A stretch of 64,000 nt of DNA from a virus, in the IMG/VR virus record IMGVR_UViG_3300045988_005108, positions 30,118 through 94,117 of that record; one strand, 5' to 3'. Positions within the stretch are counted from its first letter, which is position 1. Each line of letters starts with the position of its first letter. Under the pieces are notes generated by a model, which searched no databases, was not told where the DNA came from, and worked only from the letters and a program-made list of their open reading frames with translations. The translations under genes were made by a program, and so were the position numbers. This document shows, in pieces, positions 53,111 through 61,109 of the stretch.

Positions 53111-53362
53111 ATGTGTTATATAGATAAACTTATAAAGAATAATACAGGAGTTTCTTCAAAGAACTTCTTCTTAGTGGCAGTTACCTTAATAGGTTTAATC
53201 CTACTATTAGTTCCTGCTGTACTTCTTATAATAGAAATATGTTATAATCATACTATACAGACAGACCTTAATGGTCTTGCTGCTTATATAGGTGCTGTTG
53301 CTGGAGTATTTGCATCAGCAGGTATTACTAAAGCATGGTCTGAAAAGTATGAAAAGAAATAA
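53111..53362 (+). CDS. Small 2-TM membrane protein (83 aa from ATG) inside the tRNA array
   Basis: Track ORF begins with GTG inside tRNA-Cys; ATG at 53111 is 3 nt after the tRNA; helices FFLVAVTLIGLILLLVPAVLLII and LAAYIGAVAGVFASAGI. Confidence 0.5.
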   Translation: MCYIDKLIKNNTGVSSKNFFLVAVTLIGLILLLVPAVLLIIEICYNHTIQTDLNGLAAYIGAVAGVFASAGITKAWSEKYEKK

Positions 53363-53363
53363 T

Positions 53364-53437
53364 GCTCCTATAGCTGAATTGGTTAAAGCAACAGTCTCTT
53401 AAACTGTGGACTCAAGGTTCAAGTCCTTGTGGGAGCA
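53364..53437 (+). tRNA. tRNA-Lys(CTT)
   Basis: GCTCCTA...ACAGT-CTCTTAA-ACTGT...CAAGG-TTCAAGT-CCTTG-TGGGAGC. Confidence 0.8.
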
Positions 53438-53459
53438 CAACCTCAACCTTGGCAAATAC

Positions 53460-53530
53460 TCCCCTAAAGCATAGTGGCGATGCTCAAGACTTTTAATCCT
53501 GAGAGTAAGGTTCAATTCCTTATGGGGGAA
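53460..53530 (+). tRNA. tRNA-Lys(TTT)
   Basis: TCCCCTA...CAAGA-CTTTTAA-TCCTG...TAAGG-TTCAATT-CCTTA-TGGGGGA. Confidence 0.75.
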
Positions 53531-53565
53531 CATAACATATTATTAACTCTAAATTTTTAATTGTT

Positions 53566-53673
53566 ATGAAAAAGGTTATTTCATTAATTAAGAGAGGTGC
53601 TAAGGCATACTTTAGACAAGCTGCTAAGACCTATGCTTGGACACCTACAGGAACTATTCCAGTTGGGATATAG
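53566..53673 (+). CDS. Possible 35-aa basic peptide ORF in the tRNA array
   Basis: MKKVISLIKRGAKAYFRQAAKTYAWTPTGTIPVGI; only support is ATG..TAG in a tRNA-free spacer. Confidence 0.25.
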   Translation: MKKVISLIKRGAKAYFRQAAKTYAWTPTGTIPVGI

Positions 53674-53708
53674 TTCCTTTGATGTGGAGTGAGTAATAAA
53701 TATTATAT

Positions 53709-53791
53709 GGGGTAGCTTTAATGTGGTGAATTAGTGTGGACTGTAAATCCACTGCCTCAGGCTATTTAAGGTTCAATTCCTTTCTGCCCCA
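53709..53791 (+). tRNA. tRNA-Tyr(GTA), class II
   Basis: GGGGTAG...GTGGA-CTGTAAA-TCCAC, variable arm GCCT-CA-GGC, TAAGG-TTCAATT-CCTTT-CTGCCCC. Confidence 0.75.
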
Positions 53792-53859
53792 CTTCAATAG
53801 AAATTTTTGTCCTTGACTTATGGAAAGTGATGTGGGTAGAGACACAAATAAGTCATTAT

Positions 53860-53934
53860 GGGTGTTGGGCAGGTATGGTTACATTGCAGAGGACTGAAAA
53901 TCCTTAGAACAAAGTTCGATTCTTTGAACACCCA
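53860..53934 (+). tRNA. tRNA-Phe(GAA)
   Basis: GGGTGTT...GAGGA-CTGAAAA-TCCTT...CAAAG-TTCGATT-CTTTG-AACACCC. Confidence 0.8.
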
Positions 53935-54198
53935 CAGTAGTGCTTGCATGTTTAACCAAGGTATGTGAGCACTTAAAAAGAACTAACAAAGCTATGAGTT
54001 CTAGATTATATGTAGCAACGTAACTCTTAGGGTTCTTAATAAGGTAAAACTAGCCCCTTTTGGATGTCGTAGAATCCATGTGAATGCCTTGCACAGAGTT
54101 CATTAAGGCTATAAGTAACAGATTAGTTAAGCAGAAGTCCTGCCCCTGCCTAGTTTATAAAAGGGTGTGTAATGAAGATTACACTAATCTAGGCTTAT

Positions 54199-54280
54199 AC
54201 CCTCTTGATGGAATGGTAGACATAAAGGTCTTAGAAGCCTTGACCATAATGGTGTAAGAGTTCGAGTCTCTTAGGGGGTA
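54199..54280 (+). tRNA. tRNA-Leu(TAG), class II
   Basis: ACCCTCT...AAGGT-CTTAGAA-GCCTT, variable arm ACCAT-AA-TGGT, AAGAG-TTCGAGT-CTCTT-AGGGGGT. Confidence 0.8.
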
Positions 54281-54313
54281 CTAAAAAATAATTTGAAAAT
54301 AATTAGGAAAATA

Positions 54314-54345
54314 TTTGGTTAATTGAAATATTTTACTTAACTTTG
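54314..54345 (+). promoter_or_regulatory. Bacteroidetes-type promoter (TTTG-N20-TAacTTTG)
   Basis: TTTGGTTAATTGAAATATTTTACTTAACTTTGCA, the -7 box ending 20 nt before the ATG at 54366. Confidence 0.6.
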
Positions 54346-54365
54346 CACCATCAAAATAAGAGAAT

Positions 54366-54812
54366 ATGTTTGAAGAAGATAACCTATTTACTCCAATGGA
54401 ATCAAGCAGAAGTACAGAAGTATCTGGTTCTCAGCTCTTTATTAACTTCTTGAATCAGCTTGAGGGTTGGAAGACTAAGTGTAAGAATCTGCATTGGGCA
54501 GCACCTAAGAAGAATATCCATGTATATCTTGATGAGTTCCTTGATATATTGTCAGACTATCAAGATGGTCTTGCAGAGGGATACATGGGAATACTTGGTA
54601 AGATGCAGCCTAATGTAATCAAAGGAACTTCAAGTGATGCACTGAATGCTTTTGACTTTATAAGTGAAGTTAAGTCTGCTACTATTGCATTCTATGATAA
54701 GATTCCTCAAGAGACTATTTATAAAGGTATAACATCTGAATGTGAGACCTTTATTCAGAATATCAATAAGTATGACTACTTATTCCACTTATGTGATATA
54801 AGACCTTACTAA
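54366..54812 (+). CDS. Dps/ferritin-like four-helix protein (tentative)
   Basis: KNLHWAAPKKNIHVYLDEFLDILSDYQDGLAEGYMGILGK parallels the Dps pattern aHWN..G..F..vHe.lD.f....D..AER...LGG; 148 aa. Confidence 0.45.
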   Translation: MFEEDNLFTPMESSRSTEVSGSQLFINFLNQLEGWKTKCKNLHWAAPKKNIHVYLDEFLDILSDYQDGLAEGYMGILGKMQPNVIKGTSSDALNAFDFISEVKSATIAFYDKIPQETIYKGITSECETFIQNINKYDYLFHLCDIRPY

Positions 54813-55279
54813 TGACAAAACTGAGAAGTAGAGAAGTATATGAAGAGGCTATAAGAAACAGTCTTAGTATAGCACAGGTATGTAGATACCTGCATATAAA
54901 GCCTATAGGAGGGAATTACAGAACTATACATCAAGCAATTGATTTATACAATATAGATACTTCCCACTTTACAGGTCAGGGATGGAACTCTGGTGAAAGA
55001 TATTCTCCAGTAGTTAAGAAATTCCCTCTTAGTAGGATTCTTGTAAATCCTTCAAGATATAACTCAAACAATCTAAAGAGAAGATTGCTTTCAGAAAATA
55101 TAAAAGAACATAGATGTGAGAGATGTGGATTGTCCGAATGGCAAGGACAAAAGATACCTTTAGAGCTGCATCACAAAGATGGTAATAATAGTAATAATGA
55201 AATAGGTAATTTACAGCTCTTATGTCCTAATTGTCATGCTCTGACAGACAATTACAGAGGGAAAAATAAAATGGTCTAA
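54812..55279 (+). CDS. HNH endonuclease inserted in the tRNA array
   Basis: CERCG...ELHHKDGNNSNNEIGNLQLLCPNCHALT (H-N-H with two CxxC pairs); stop codon lies inside the acceptor stem of tRNA-Leu(TAA). Confidence 0.8.
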   Translation: MTKLRSREVYEEAIRNSLSIAQVCRYLHIKPIGGNYRTIHQAIDLYNIDTSHFTGQGWNSGERYSPVVKKFPLSRILVNPSRYNSNNLKRRLLSENIKEHRCERCGLSEWQGQKIPLELHHKDGNNSNNEIGNLQLLCPNCHALTDNYRGKNKMV

Positions 55280-55356
55280 TGGTGGAACTGGAATACACAA
55301 GGGACTTAAAATCCCTCGCCCTTTAGGGATTGAGGGTTCAAATCCCTCTTAGACTA
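55273..55356 (+). tRNA. tRNA-Leu(TAA), class II
   Basis: GGTCTAA...AGGGA-CTTAAAA-TCCCT, variable arm CCCT-TT-AGGG, GAGGG-TTCAAAT-CCCTC-TTAGACT. Confidence 0.8.
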
Positions 55357-55360
55357 CAAT

Positions 55361-55434
55361 GCCTCCTTAGTGTTAATGGTTTAGCAAGCCTGTCTTGTAA
55401 ACAGGAAGAGAGGGTTCAAATCCTTCAGGAGGCT
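55361..55434 (+). tRNA. tRNA-Thr(TGT)
   Basis: GCCTCCT...CCTGT-CTTGTAA-ACAGG...GAGGG-TTCAAAT-CCTTC-AGGAGGC. Confidence 0.8.
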
Positions 55435-55441
55435 CTATAAT

Positions 55442-55514
55442 GTAGGTATAGTGTTAGTGGTTAGCATATGACATTGCCAATGTCAAGGGGTCAGTTCAAA
55501 TCTGATTATCTACT
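55442..55514 (+). tRNA. tRNA-Gly(GCC)
   Basis: GTAGGTA...TGACA-TTGCCAA-TGTCA...GTCAG-TTCAAAT-CTGAT-TATCTAC. Confidence 0.8.
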
Positions 55515-55519
55515 CAAAT

Positions 55520-55591
55520 GCAGGTATAGTATAAAGGTTAGTATGTAACACTTCCAATGTTAATGTGTGGGTTCAATTCCCACTATCTGCT
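55520..55591 (+). tRNA. tRNA-Gly(TCC)
   Basis: GCAGGTA...TAACA-CTTCCAA-TGTTA...GTGGG-TTCAATT-CCCAC-TATCTGC. Confidence 0.8.
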
Positions 55592-55609
55592 CAAATTATG
55601 TATATATAT

Positions 55610-55682
55610 CGTGGGGTGATAGCAATGGTAGCTAACAAGGCTCATAACCTTGAGGTTGAGAGTTCGAGTCTCTCCCCCGCAA
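55610..55682 (+). tRNA. tRNA-Met(CAT), copy 3, initiator-like (C1:A72 mismatch)
   Basis: CGTGGGG...TAGC-AATGGTA-GCTA-A-CAAGG-CTCATAA-CCTTG...GAGAG-TTCGAGT-CTCTC-CCCCGCA; one extra nt at positions 8-9. Confidence 0.7.
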
Positions 55683-55696
55683 CTAATTTAGATAAT

Positions 55697-55894
55697 ATGG
55701 AAGAGATAGAAAAGACAAAGATGACAAAAACTAAAAAGACCAATGGTTCAGAGGTTCATCAAGTTATGACTGCATTAACTGATATCACAATTAGAGGTAT
55801 TGTAAGGTCAGCCAATGAGGAAGGAATTAAGAGAGAGGATATAGTTTCTCTACTTAAAGAAAATGGTCAGTTTGTATTAATTTACTTTAGATAA
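55697..55894 (+). CDS. Hypothetical small protein (65 aa from ATG)
   Basis: Track ORF starts with GTG inside tRNA-Gly; MEEIEKTKM at 55697 follows the last tRNA. Confidence 0.5.
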   Translation: MEEIEKTKMTKTKKTNGSEVHQVMTALTDITIRGIVRSANEEGIKREDIVSLLKENGQFVLIYFR

Positions 55895-55901
55895 AAACAT
55901 T

Positions 55902-56231
55902 ATGGAAATGGAAGAGCAGAAAGCAATAGAAAGACCCTTGATGAGTGAAGAGGAGTTCAAGGATTATATGGAGAAGAATAGAGTAGATGTTGTGGAAGAT
56001 TTCTATGAAAAAGGTATTCTCCACCTGAGAACTTATGAAGCAGTGAGCAAGTTCAAGTCTGTAAGGAGAGCAATCAAGAGAGGTTATGTATCTCTTGATG
56101 GTATTATCTTCCCTAAGAGACCTTTCAATAATAAGGCTAATACTTGTAAGAGAAAGGGACATCACAGTAGGACTATCAATGAAAGAAAGAAGATGATTTA
56201 TGAGCAACTTAAACACAGAAAATCAGCCTAA
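55902..56231 (+). CDS. Hypothetical basic protein (109 aa)
   Basis: ORF in the co-oriented plus-strand series. Confidence 0.55.
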   Translation: MEMEEQKAIERPLMSEEEFKDYMEKNRVDVVEDFYEKGILHLRTYEAVSKFKSVRRAIKRGYVSLDGIIFPKRPFNNKANTCKRKGHHSRTINERKKMIYEQLKHRKSA

Positions 56232-56421
56232 TGATTACAATGAAGTGCCAGTATTATACTGCAAGCATTGTCTATCATTGAAAATTAGGAACATTCCAAG
56301 AATGGAGGATTCAGATTACTGTGATGAGTGTGGCTCCACTGATATAGGAGAATGTTCAATAGAAGAGTGGGAGACTCTATACAAGAATAGATATGGACAT
56401 AAGTATCTTGAAGAATATTAA
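56200..56421 (+). CDS. Small zinc-ribbon protein (73 aa)
   Basis: CKHC...(x19)...CDEC Cys4 arrangement. Confidence 0.5.
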   Translation: MSNLNTENQPNDYNEVPVLYCKHCLSLKIRNIPRMEDSDYCDECGSTDIGECSIEEWETLYKNRYGHKYLEEY

Positions 56422-56441
56422 TAACTTAATTATAAATTAAA

Positions 56442-56774
56442 ATGGAAGAGCAGAAGGGAAAGGTTGTAGAGATGCAGCCAACAACAAAGGAAACAGAGAG
56501 ACCTGAGAAGATGTCTTATGAGCAGTTAGAGAACATAGCTCACCAGCTTAGTGAGCAAGCTAAGCAGTTATATATGAAGTTACAGGCTGCTAATATGAGT
56601 AATACATTCAAGAGACTTGACTACTTGTTTAAGGTAGTAGAGAATGGGCACATGTTCAAGCAGGACTTCCTTGAAAAGTGTATTGCTGAGATTGAGGAAA
56701 TTATGACAGTTCCTGAAGAGACTGAGGAAGATAACAAGGAAGAGGAAACACCAGATATTAAAACTGAAGATTAA
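56442..56774 (+). CDS. Hypothetical acidic coiled-coil protein (110 aa)
   Basis: ORF with a Glu-rich C-terminus. Confidence 0.55.
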   Translation: MEEQKGKVVEMQPTTKETERPEKMSYEQLENIAHQLSEQAKQLYMKLQAANMSNTFKRLDYLFKVVENGHMFKQDFLEKCIAEIEEIMTVPEETEEDNKEEETPDIKTED

Positions 56775-56785
56775 TATAGTCATGT

Positions 56786-57166
56786 ATGAAGAAGCCTAAT
56801 AATATAGTTAGAGTACCATGTTCTTTGAGTGGGAGCTTCTTCAGGTACTGGTTCAAATTCTTAGAGCCTTTTCATAAGCTAACTGATAGAGAGATTGATG
56901 TAATTACATCCTTTGTTAAGCAAAGATATGAACTCAGTAAAGTTATCAAGGACAATGAGATACTTGATAAGGTTACAATGAGTGAAGATACAAAGAAGAA
57001 AGTAAGGGAAGAGTGTAATATCACTCTTCCACACTTTCAAGTAATTATGGGCAAGCTAAGGAAGAATAAGGTTATCATTGATGGTAAGATTAATCCAAGG
57101 TTTATTCCCAACATTGATGAAGAGACTGGTACTTTCCAACTATTGTTACTTTTTGAATTAAAATGA
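56786..57166 (+). CDS. Hypothetical protein (126 aa)
   Basis: 4-nt overlap with the next ORF. Confidence 0.55.
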   Translation: MKKPNNIVRVPCSLSGSFFRYWFKFLEPFHKLTDREIDVITSFVKQRYELSKVIKDNEILDKVTMSEDTKKKVREECNITLPHFQVIMGKLRKNKVIIDGKINPRFIPNIDEETGTFQLLLLFELK

Positions 57167-57435
57167 ATTATCCTGATATAATTGGTAAGGTTTCTGAAGA
57201 GTTGAATTTACCTAAAGAAGTGGTAGATAAAACATATAAAGCATTTTGGTTATTCATTAATCAATCTATACAGTCCTTGCCATTAAAGGAGGACCTTAAT
57301 GAAGAGGATTTTGCTAAGTTAAGAACAAATTTCAACATTCCATCACTGGGTAAACTGACTTGCACTTATGATAGGATGTTAGGTATGAAAAAGAGATTCA
57401 AGTTTATTAAACAAATAAGGGAGAAGAAATGTTAA
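57163..57435 (+). CDS. HU/IHF-like DNA-binding protein (tentative)
   Basis: IIGKVSEELNLPKEVVDKTYKAFWLFINQSI resembles the N-terminal helices of HU/IHF (li..va...gl.k..v...v.af...i); 90 aa. Confidence 0.35.
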   Translation: MNYPDIIGKVSEELNLPKEVVDKTYKAFWLFINQSIQSLPLKEDLNEEDFAKLRTNFNIPSLGKLTCTYDRMLGMKKRFKFIKQIREKKC

Positions 57436-57851
57436 AAGTTAGAAAAATACGTCCAATGTTTACCTCGCTCATCACTACCATGGATAAGTATGAGCATGAT
57501 ATGATGGTAGGAGATAGTCTTATTGATGTGACTAAGAGAGAAGGCAGCTTGAAGGAATATCAGAGAGTACTTGCAGTAGGTAGCTCTGTAAGAGACATTA
57601 AAGTTGGTGACTTGGTATGGGTTAATCCTACAAGATTTGGTGTAAAGAAGCACCAAGAGGGTACTCTAAAAGATGGAATAGTAACTGATAATCCTATCAT
57701 AACTTACAATTTTGATGTTGTTGAGATGGATGGAAAGCAGTGCCTATTACTACAGGATAGGGATATTGACTTCATTATTGAAGAGTGGGAAGAGGTTCCT
57801 GATAAGTCTTCACCTATCATTCAACCAGAGAAAAAGAAAATAATAGTATAA
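57429..57851 (+). CDS. GroES/Gp31-like co-chaperonin (tentative)
   Basis: KIRPM...YQRVLAVGSSVRDIKVGDLVWVNP...LLLQDRDIDFIIEE is colinear with GroES IRPL...GEVLAVG...VKVGD.V.f...ilai.e. Confidence 0.45.
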   Translation: MLKVRKIRPMFTSLITTMDKYEHDMMVGDSLIDVTKREGSLKEYQRVLAVGSSVRDIKVGDLVWVNPTRFGVKKHQEGTLKDGIVTDNPIITYNFDVVEMDGKQCLLLQDRDIDFIIEEWEEVPDKSSPIIQPEKKKIIV

Positions 57852-57857
57852 CATTAT

Positions 57858-57898
57858 AAGCATCAGGAGATTAAAACCTTTTGATGCTTTTTTTTTTA
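57858..57898 (+). terminator. Rho-independent terminator
   Basis: AAGCATCA-N15-TTGATGCTT stem followed by T10, 7 nt after the stop at 57851. Confidence 0.75.
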
Positions 57899-57908
57899 TT
57901 CATAAAAT

Positions 57909-58235
57909 ATGAAAGTGGAAGACATTATAGAGGGATTTAATAAGCATATTGAGGAAAAAAGGAAAGAGTTAAATATAAACACTAAAGGACATTTAGTTCT
58001 GCAAAAACTTATTACCCCGAGTCCTACATTTAAGGCTTATAAATTTTATGAGATGATATTGTGGTTTGTTAAATCTAGTAAAAAGCAGAAACTTTTTACT
58101 ATTTCTCAAACTGTTAAAATGATAGATAGTCAGGAAGAGAGTGTAAATAGGTATATGAATATTTTGCTAAGTACTGAGTTATTTTCTTTTATAGGCACTA
58201 AGGAGTATGAACAAATAATAAAGGGAGAAATATGA
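57909..58235 (+). CDS. Hypothetical protein (108 aa)
   Basis: First ORF after the terminator; 4-nt overlap with the next ORF. Confidence 0.55.
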   Translation: MKVEDIIEGFNKHIEEKRKELNINTKGHLVLQKLITPSPTFKAYKFYEMILWFVKSSKKQKLFTISQTVKMIDSQEESVNRYMNILLSTELFSFIGTKEYEQIIKGEI

Positions 58236-58774
58236 AACTGTTAAAATATGAAGGATACAAGCTTACTTTTGAGCCAGAAATTCTAACTCTAAAAGTATTT
58301 AAAAAGCTATATATAAGAGATAAGACTAAAGACAAGTCAAGGTTCATTCAAGAATTAGGACTAATATATTTCTATGTGGACCCTAGAAGTGATTATCAAT
58401 ATTTGACTGATGAAGATGAAAGACTTAAAGCTATCATTGAGGGTGAGGGACTACCTCAAGATTTTAAAATAGATAGTCTACTAAGTGAGGCTATAGAATA
58501 TTATAAGAAATTTAGACCTACATCTGCATTACTCCTTGAAGACACAAGAGTGGCAGTAGATAAACTAAGAAAGGCTCTCAGAGAAATAGACTTAGATGCT
58601 AGAGATGATAAGGATAAGCCTATCTATACTCTTAATTCTATCACATCCACTATTAAATTAGTACCTTCTCTCATCAAGGACTTGGATGAAGCAGAGAGAA
58701 CTATTGCCAAGGAAATAGTACAAAATGACAAAGTGAGAGGTGCAGTAGAAAAGAGCATGTATGAAGACCTTTAA
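58232..58774 (+). CDS. Hypothetical protein (180 aa), positional candidate for small terminase
   Basis: Ends 2 nt before the large terminase start; no motif verified. Confidence 0.3.
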   Translation: MKLLKYEGYKLTFEPEILTLKVFKKLYIRDKTKDKSRFIQELGLIYFYVDPRSDYQYLTDEDERLKAIIEGEGLPQDFKIDSLLSEAIEYYKKFRPTSALLLEDTRVAVDKLRKALREIDLDARDDKDKPIYTLNSITSTIKLVPSLIKDLDEAERTIAKEIVQNDKVRGAVEKSMYEDL

Positions 58775-58776
58775 TT

Positions 58777-61020
58777 ATGACAGAATTAATAAAGACTAAC
58801 AAGTACCAAACTCCTATAACTGAAGAGTTACTAAGTTCCTATCCAGATGAGGTTAGAGAACAGTTTATGGATGCTATATCTACTGTACCTCTCATCCAGA
58901 ACCTAATTTCACCTTCTAGACCAGCTATAGAAACTCTTCCTAGGGACTCTCAAGGAAGAGCCATAATAGACATTACTAACCCCCCTACTTTTGAAGATGC
59001 AGATTGGTTTAGGCAACCTGCACTATTCTTCTTGAAAAATGGTTGTTATACATTCCTTAGACCTAATAGTAATCCTAATAGTGAATATAGGAAGTACTGG
59101 GATAGAGAAATAGATAGGTGCTACAATGGATTATTAAGAGAAACTGATGGTATGTATATACCTGGGTATCTTTATTGGTTCCTTAATTACTGTCCTATGA
59201 TGATTAATAAATATAAAGAAGGACAGAAAAAGGCTATAAGAACTGAAGGATTTGCATATTTCTTTGAGGGTATTTGGTGGAGATATTTATATCTTAAAAA
59301 TGCAAGAGATAAAGGACATCATGCAGTAGAATTAGCCAAAAGAGGATGTGCTAAGTCTTATGGATTAGCAGCTATAATGTCCCATAACTTAATAATAGGA
59401 GAGTCAGAGGAATCAAAGAAAAGAACCATTACTGTGCTAACTGCTTACCAAAAAGAATATCTTAAAGATGATAAAGATGGTACATTAAGTAAGTTTGTTC
59501 CTATATTATCTTTTTTATCAAAGAATACCCCATTTCCTAGATTAATGCTAAAACAGTCTTCTAATGAAATGACTTGGCAAATGGGCTATAAGGATGAGTA
59601 TGGCAGAAATCAAGGTTCCTTAAATCAAGTAATGGGAGTATCTGCAAAGGATGATTCTGATAAATTAAGAGGAAAGAGAGGTTATATTCTATTTGAAGAG
59701 TTTGGTAACTTTCCTTCTCTTCTTGACCTCTATGATGTTACTAGGAAATCAGTGGAGGATGGAGATTATACATTTGCTTTAATGTATCTAATAGGTACTG
59801 CAAATAATAAAGAAGCAAATTTTCAATCTGCTAAAACCTTGTTATATGCTACAGAATCATATAATATTGAGTCCTTGAAAAATGTTTATGATAAGAAAGG
59901 ACAGGGCAGAGATACTTTTGGATTCTTCTTTCCCTCTTATATAAATAGGGCAGGGTGCTATAATAAAGATGGTATAAGTGATGTAGTTAAAGCTTTACTA
60001 CAAGTGCTCATGAATAGGTATAAGGCAAAGTATGGTGCAGACCCTACTTCAGTACTTAGAGTTATAGCAGAGGACCCCATTACACCTGCTGAAGCTATAA
60101 TTAAGGTTAAGGATGCCTATTTTCCTGTGGCTGCTTTAAATGAAAGAGCACAACAATTGGATACTAATCCCCATATCTATGATGATATATATGTAGGAGA
60201 ATTATTTTTTAATAATTCTAATCAAGTAGAGTTCAGACCTACAGGAGACATACCTATTAGAAAATTCCCAGTGGATAATGATACCAAGGGAGCTTTAGAG
60301 ATATATACTATGCCTGAGAAGGATAGTACAGGAACAGTATTTAATGATAGGTATATATTAGGATATGACCCAACAAATAATGACCAAGCAGAATCACATT
60401 CACTAGCATCTGTATTTGTATTTGACTTATTTACTGATAGAATAGTTGCAGAGTTTACAGGTAGAACAGAGTTTGCAGATGATATGCACGAAATAGTAAG
60501 AAAGCTATGCTTATTTTATAATGGTAAAGTGTTATATGAGAGTAACATTAAAGGATGTTATTCTTATATGGAAAGAATGCACAGTACCTATTTACTAGCT
60601 GATACTCCTCAATATCTTAGAGATAAACAGATTATCAAATATAGTGGATTTGGGTCATCAGCTAAAGGAGTGTCTGCAACAGCCCCTGTTAATAATTTTG
60701 CTAATAGATTAATTAAAGATTGGTTTAATAAGTTAGTTCCTATAGAGAGAACAGATGAAGATGGTAATAAGGAGATAGTACAAACCCCAAGCCTTTATCT
60801 TTTAAAGACAAGGGCACTAATTGAGGAAGCCATACAATTTAATCCAGAAATCAATGTTGATAGAATCAGGGCATTAGGTATGGTAATGCTTTATAGAGAA
60901 GAATATATTATATTGTATGGTAATAATCTTAATAGAGAATCTAGAGAAAAAGTAAGAAAGGATGACCCTTCAAATGACCCATTCTTCAAGAGAAACTATG
61001 ACTTTAGGTTTAAACAGTAA
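58777..61020 (+). CDS. terL: Terminase large subunit
   Basis: 747 aa; P-loop-like AKRGCAKSYG, Walker-B-like GYILFEEFG, C-terminal nuclease-like ILGYDPTNND; immediately upstream of the portal-sized gene. Confidence 0.65.
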   Translation: MTELIKTNKYQTPITEELLSSYPDEVREQFMDAISTVPLIQNLISPSRPAIETLPRDSQGRAIIDITNPPTFEDADWFRQPALFFLKNGCYTFLRPNSNPNSEYRKYWDREIDRCYNGLLRETDGMYIPGYLYWFLNYCPMMINKYKEGQKKAIRTEGFAYFFEGIWWRYLYLKNARDKGHHAVELAKRGCAKSYGLAAIMSHNLIIGESEESKKRTITVLTAYQKEYLKDDKDGTLSKFVPILSFLSKNTPFPRLMLKQSSNEMTWQMGYKDEYGRNQGSLNQVMGVSAKDDSDKLRGKRGYILFEEFGNFPSLLDLYDVTRKSVEDGDYTFALMYLIGTANNKEANFQSAKTLLYATESYNIESLKNVYDKKGQGRDTFGFFFPSYINRAGCYNKDGISDVVKALLQVLMNRYKAKYGADPTSVLRVIAEDPITPAEAIIKVKDAYFPVAALNERAQQLDTNPHIYDDIYVGELFFNNSNQVEFRPTGDIPIRKFPVDNDTKGALEIYTMPEKDSTGTVFNDRYILGYDPTNNDQAESHSLASVFVFDLFTDRIVAEFTGRTEFADDMHEIVRKLCLFYNGKVLYESNIKGCYSYMERMHSTYLLADTPQYLRDKQIIKYSGFGSSAKGVSATAPVNNFANRLIKDWFNKLVPIERTDEDGNKEIVQTPSLYLLKTRALIEEAIQFNPEINVDRIRALGMVMLYREEYIILYGNNLNRESREKVRKDDPSNDPFFKRNYDFRFKQ

Positions 61021-61064
61021 ATTTAGTAAAAATGAAGGCTAATGGTTAATAAATTATTTATATA

Positions 61065-61096
61065 CTTGTATAGGTCAAGGATTTTACTTACCTTTG
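61065..61096 (+). promoter_or_regulatory. Bacteroidetes-type promoter (cTTG-N20-TAccTTTG) for the portal gene
   Basis: CTTGTATAGGTCAAGGATTTTACTTACCTTTGCA, the -7 box ending 13 nt before the annotated start. Confidence 0.6.
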
Positions 61097-61109
61097 CACA
61101 ATAATTAAA

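Noticed and set aside
51211-55682. Search for a suppressor tRNA (anticodon CTA, TTA or TCA) that would support stop-codon recoding.
   Set aside because: None of the tRNAs I could fold has such an anticodon. The only undetermined element (52704-52780) contains no plausible CTA/TCA loop.
53084-55696. Track ORF starts at 53084 (GTG) and 55565 (GTG), and the start at 44225 on the minus strand.
   Set aside because: These N-terminal extensions run through tRNA-Cys, tRNA-Gly/tRNA-Met and the tmRNA 3' end respectively. Internal ATGs (53111, 55697, 44186) just past the RNA genes are more plausible starts.
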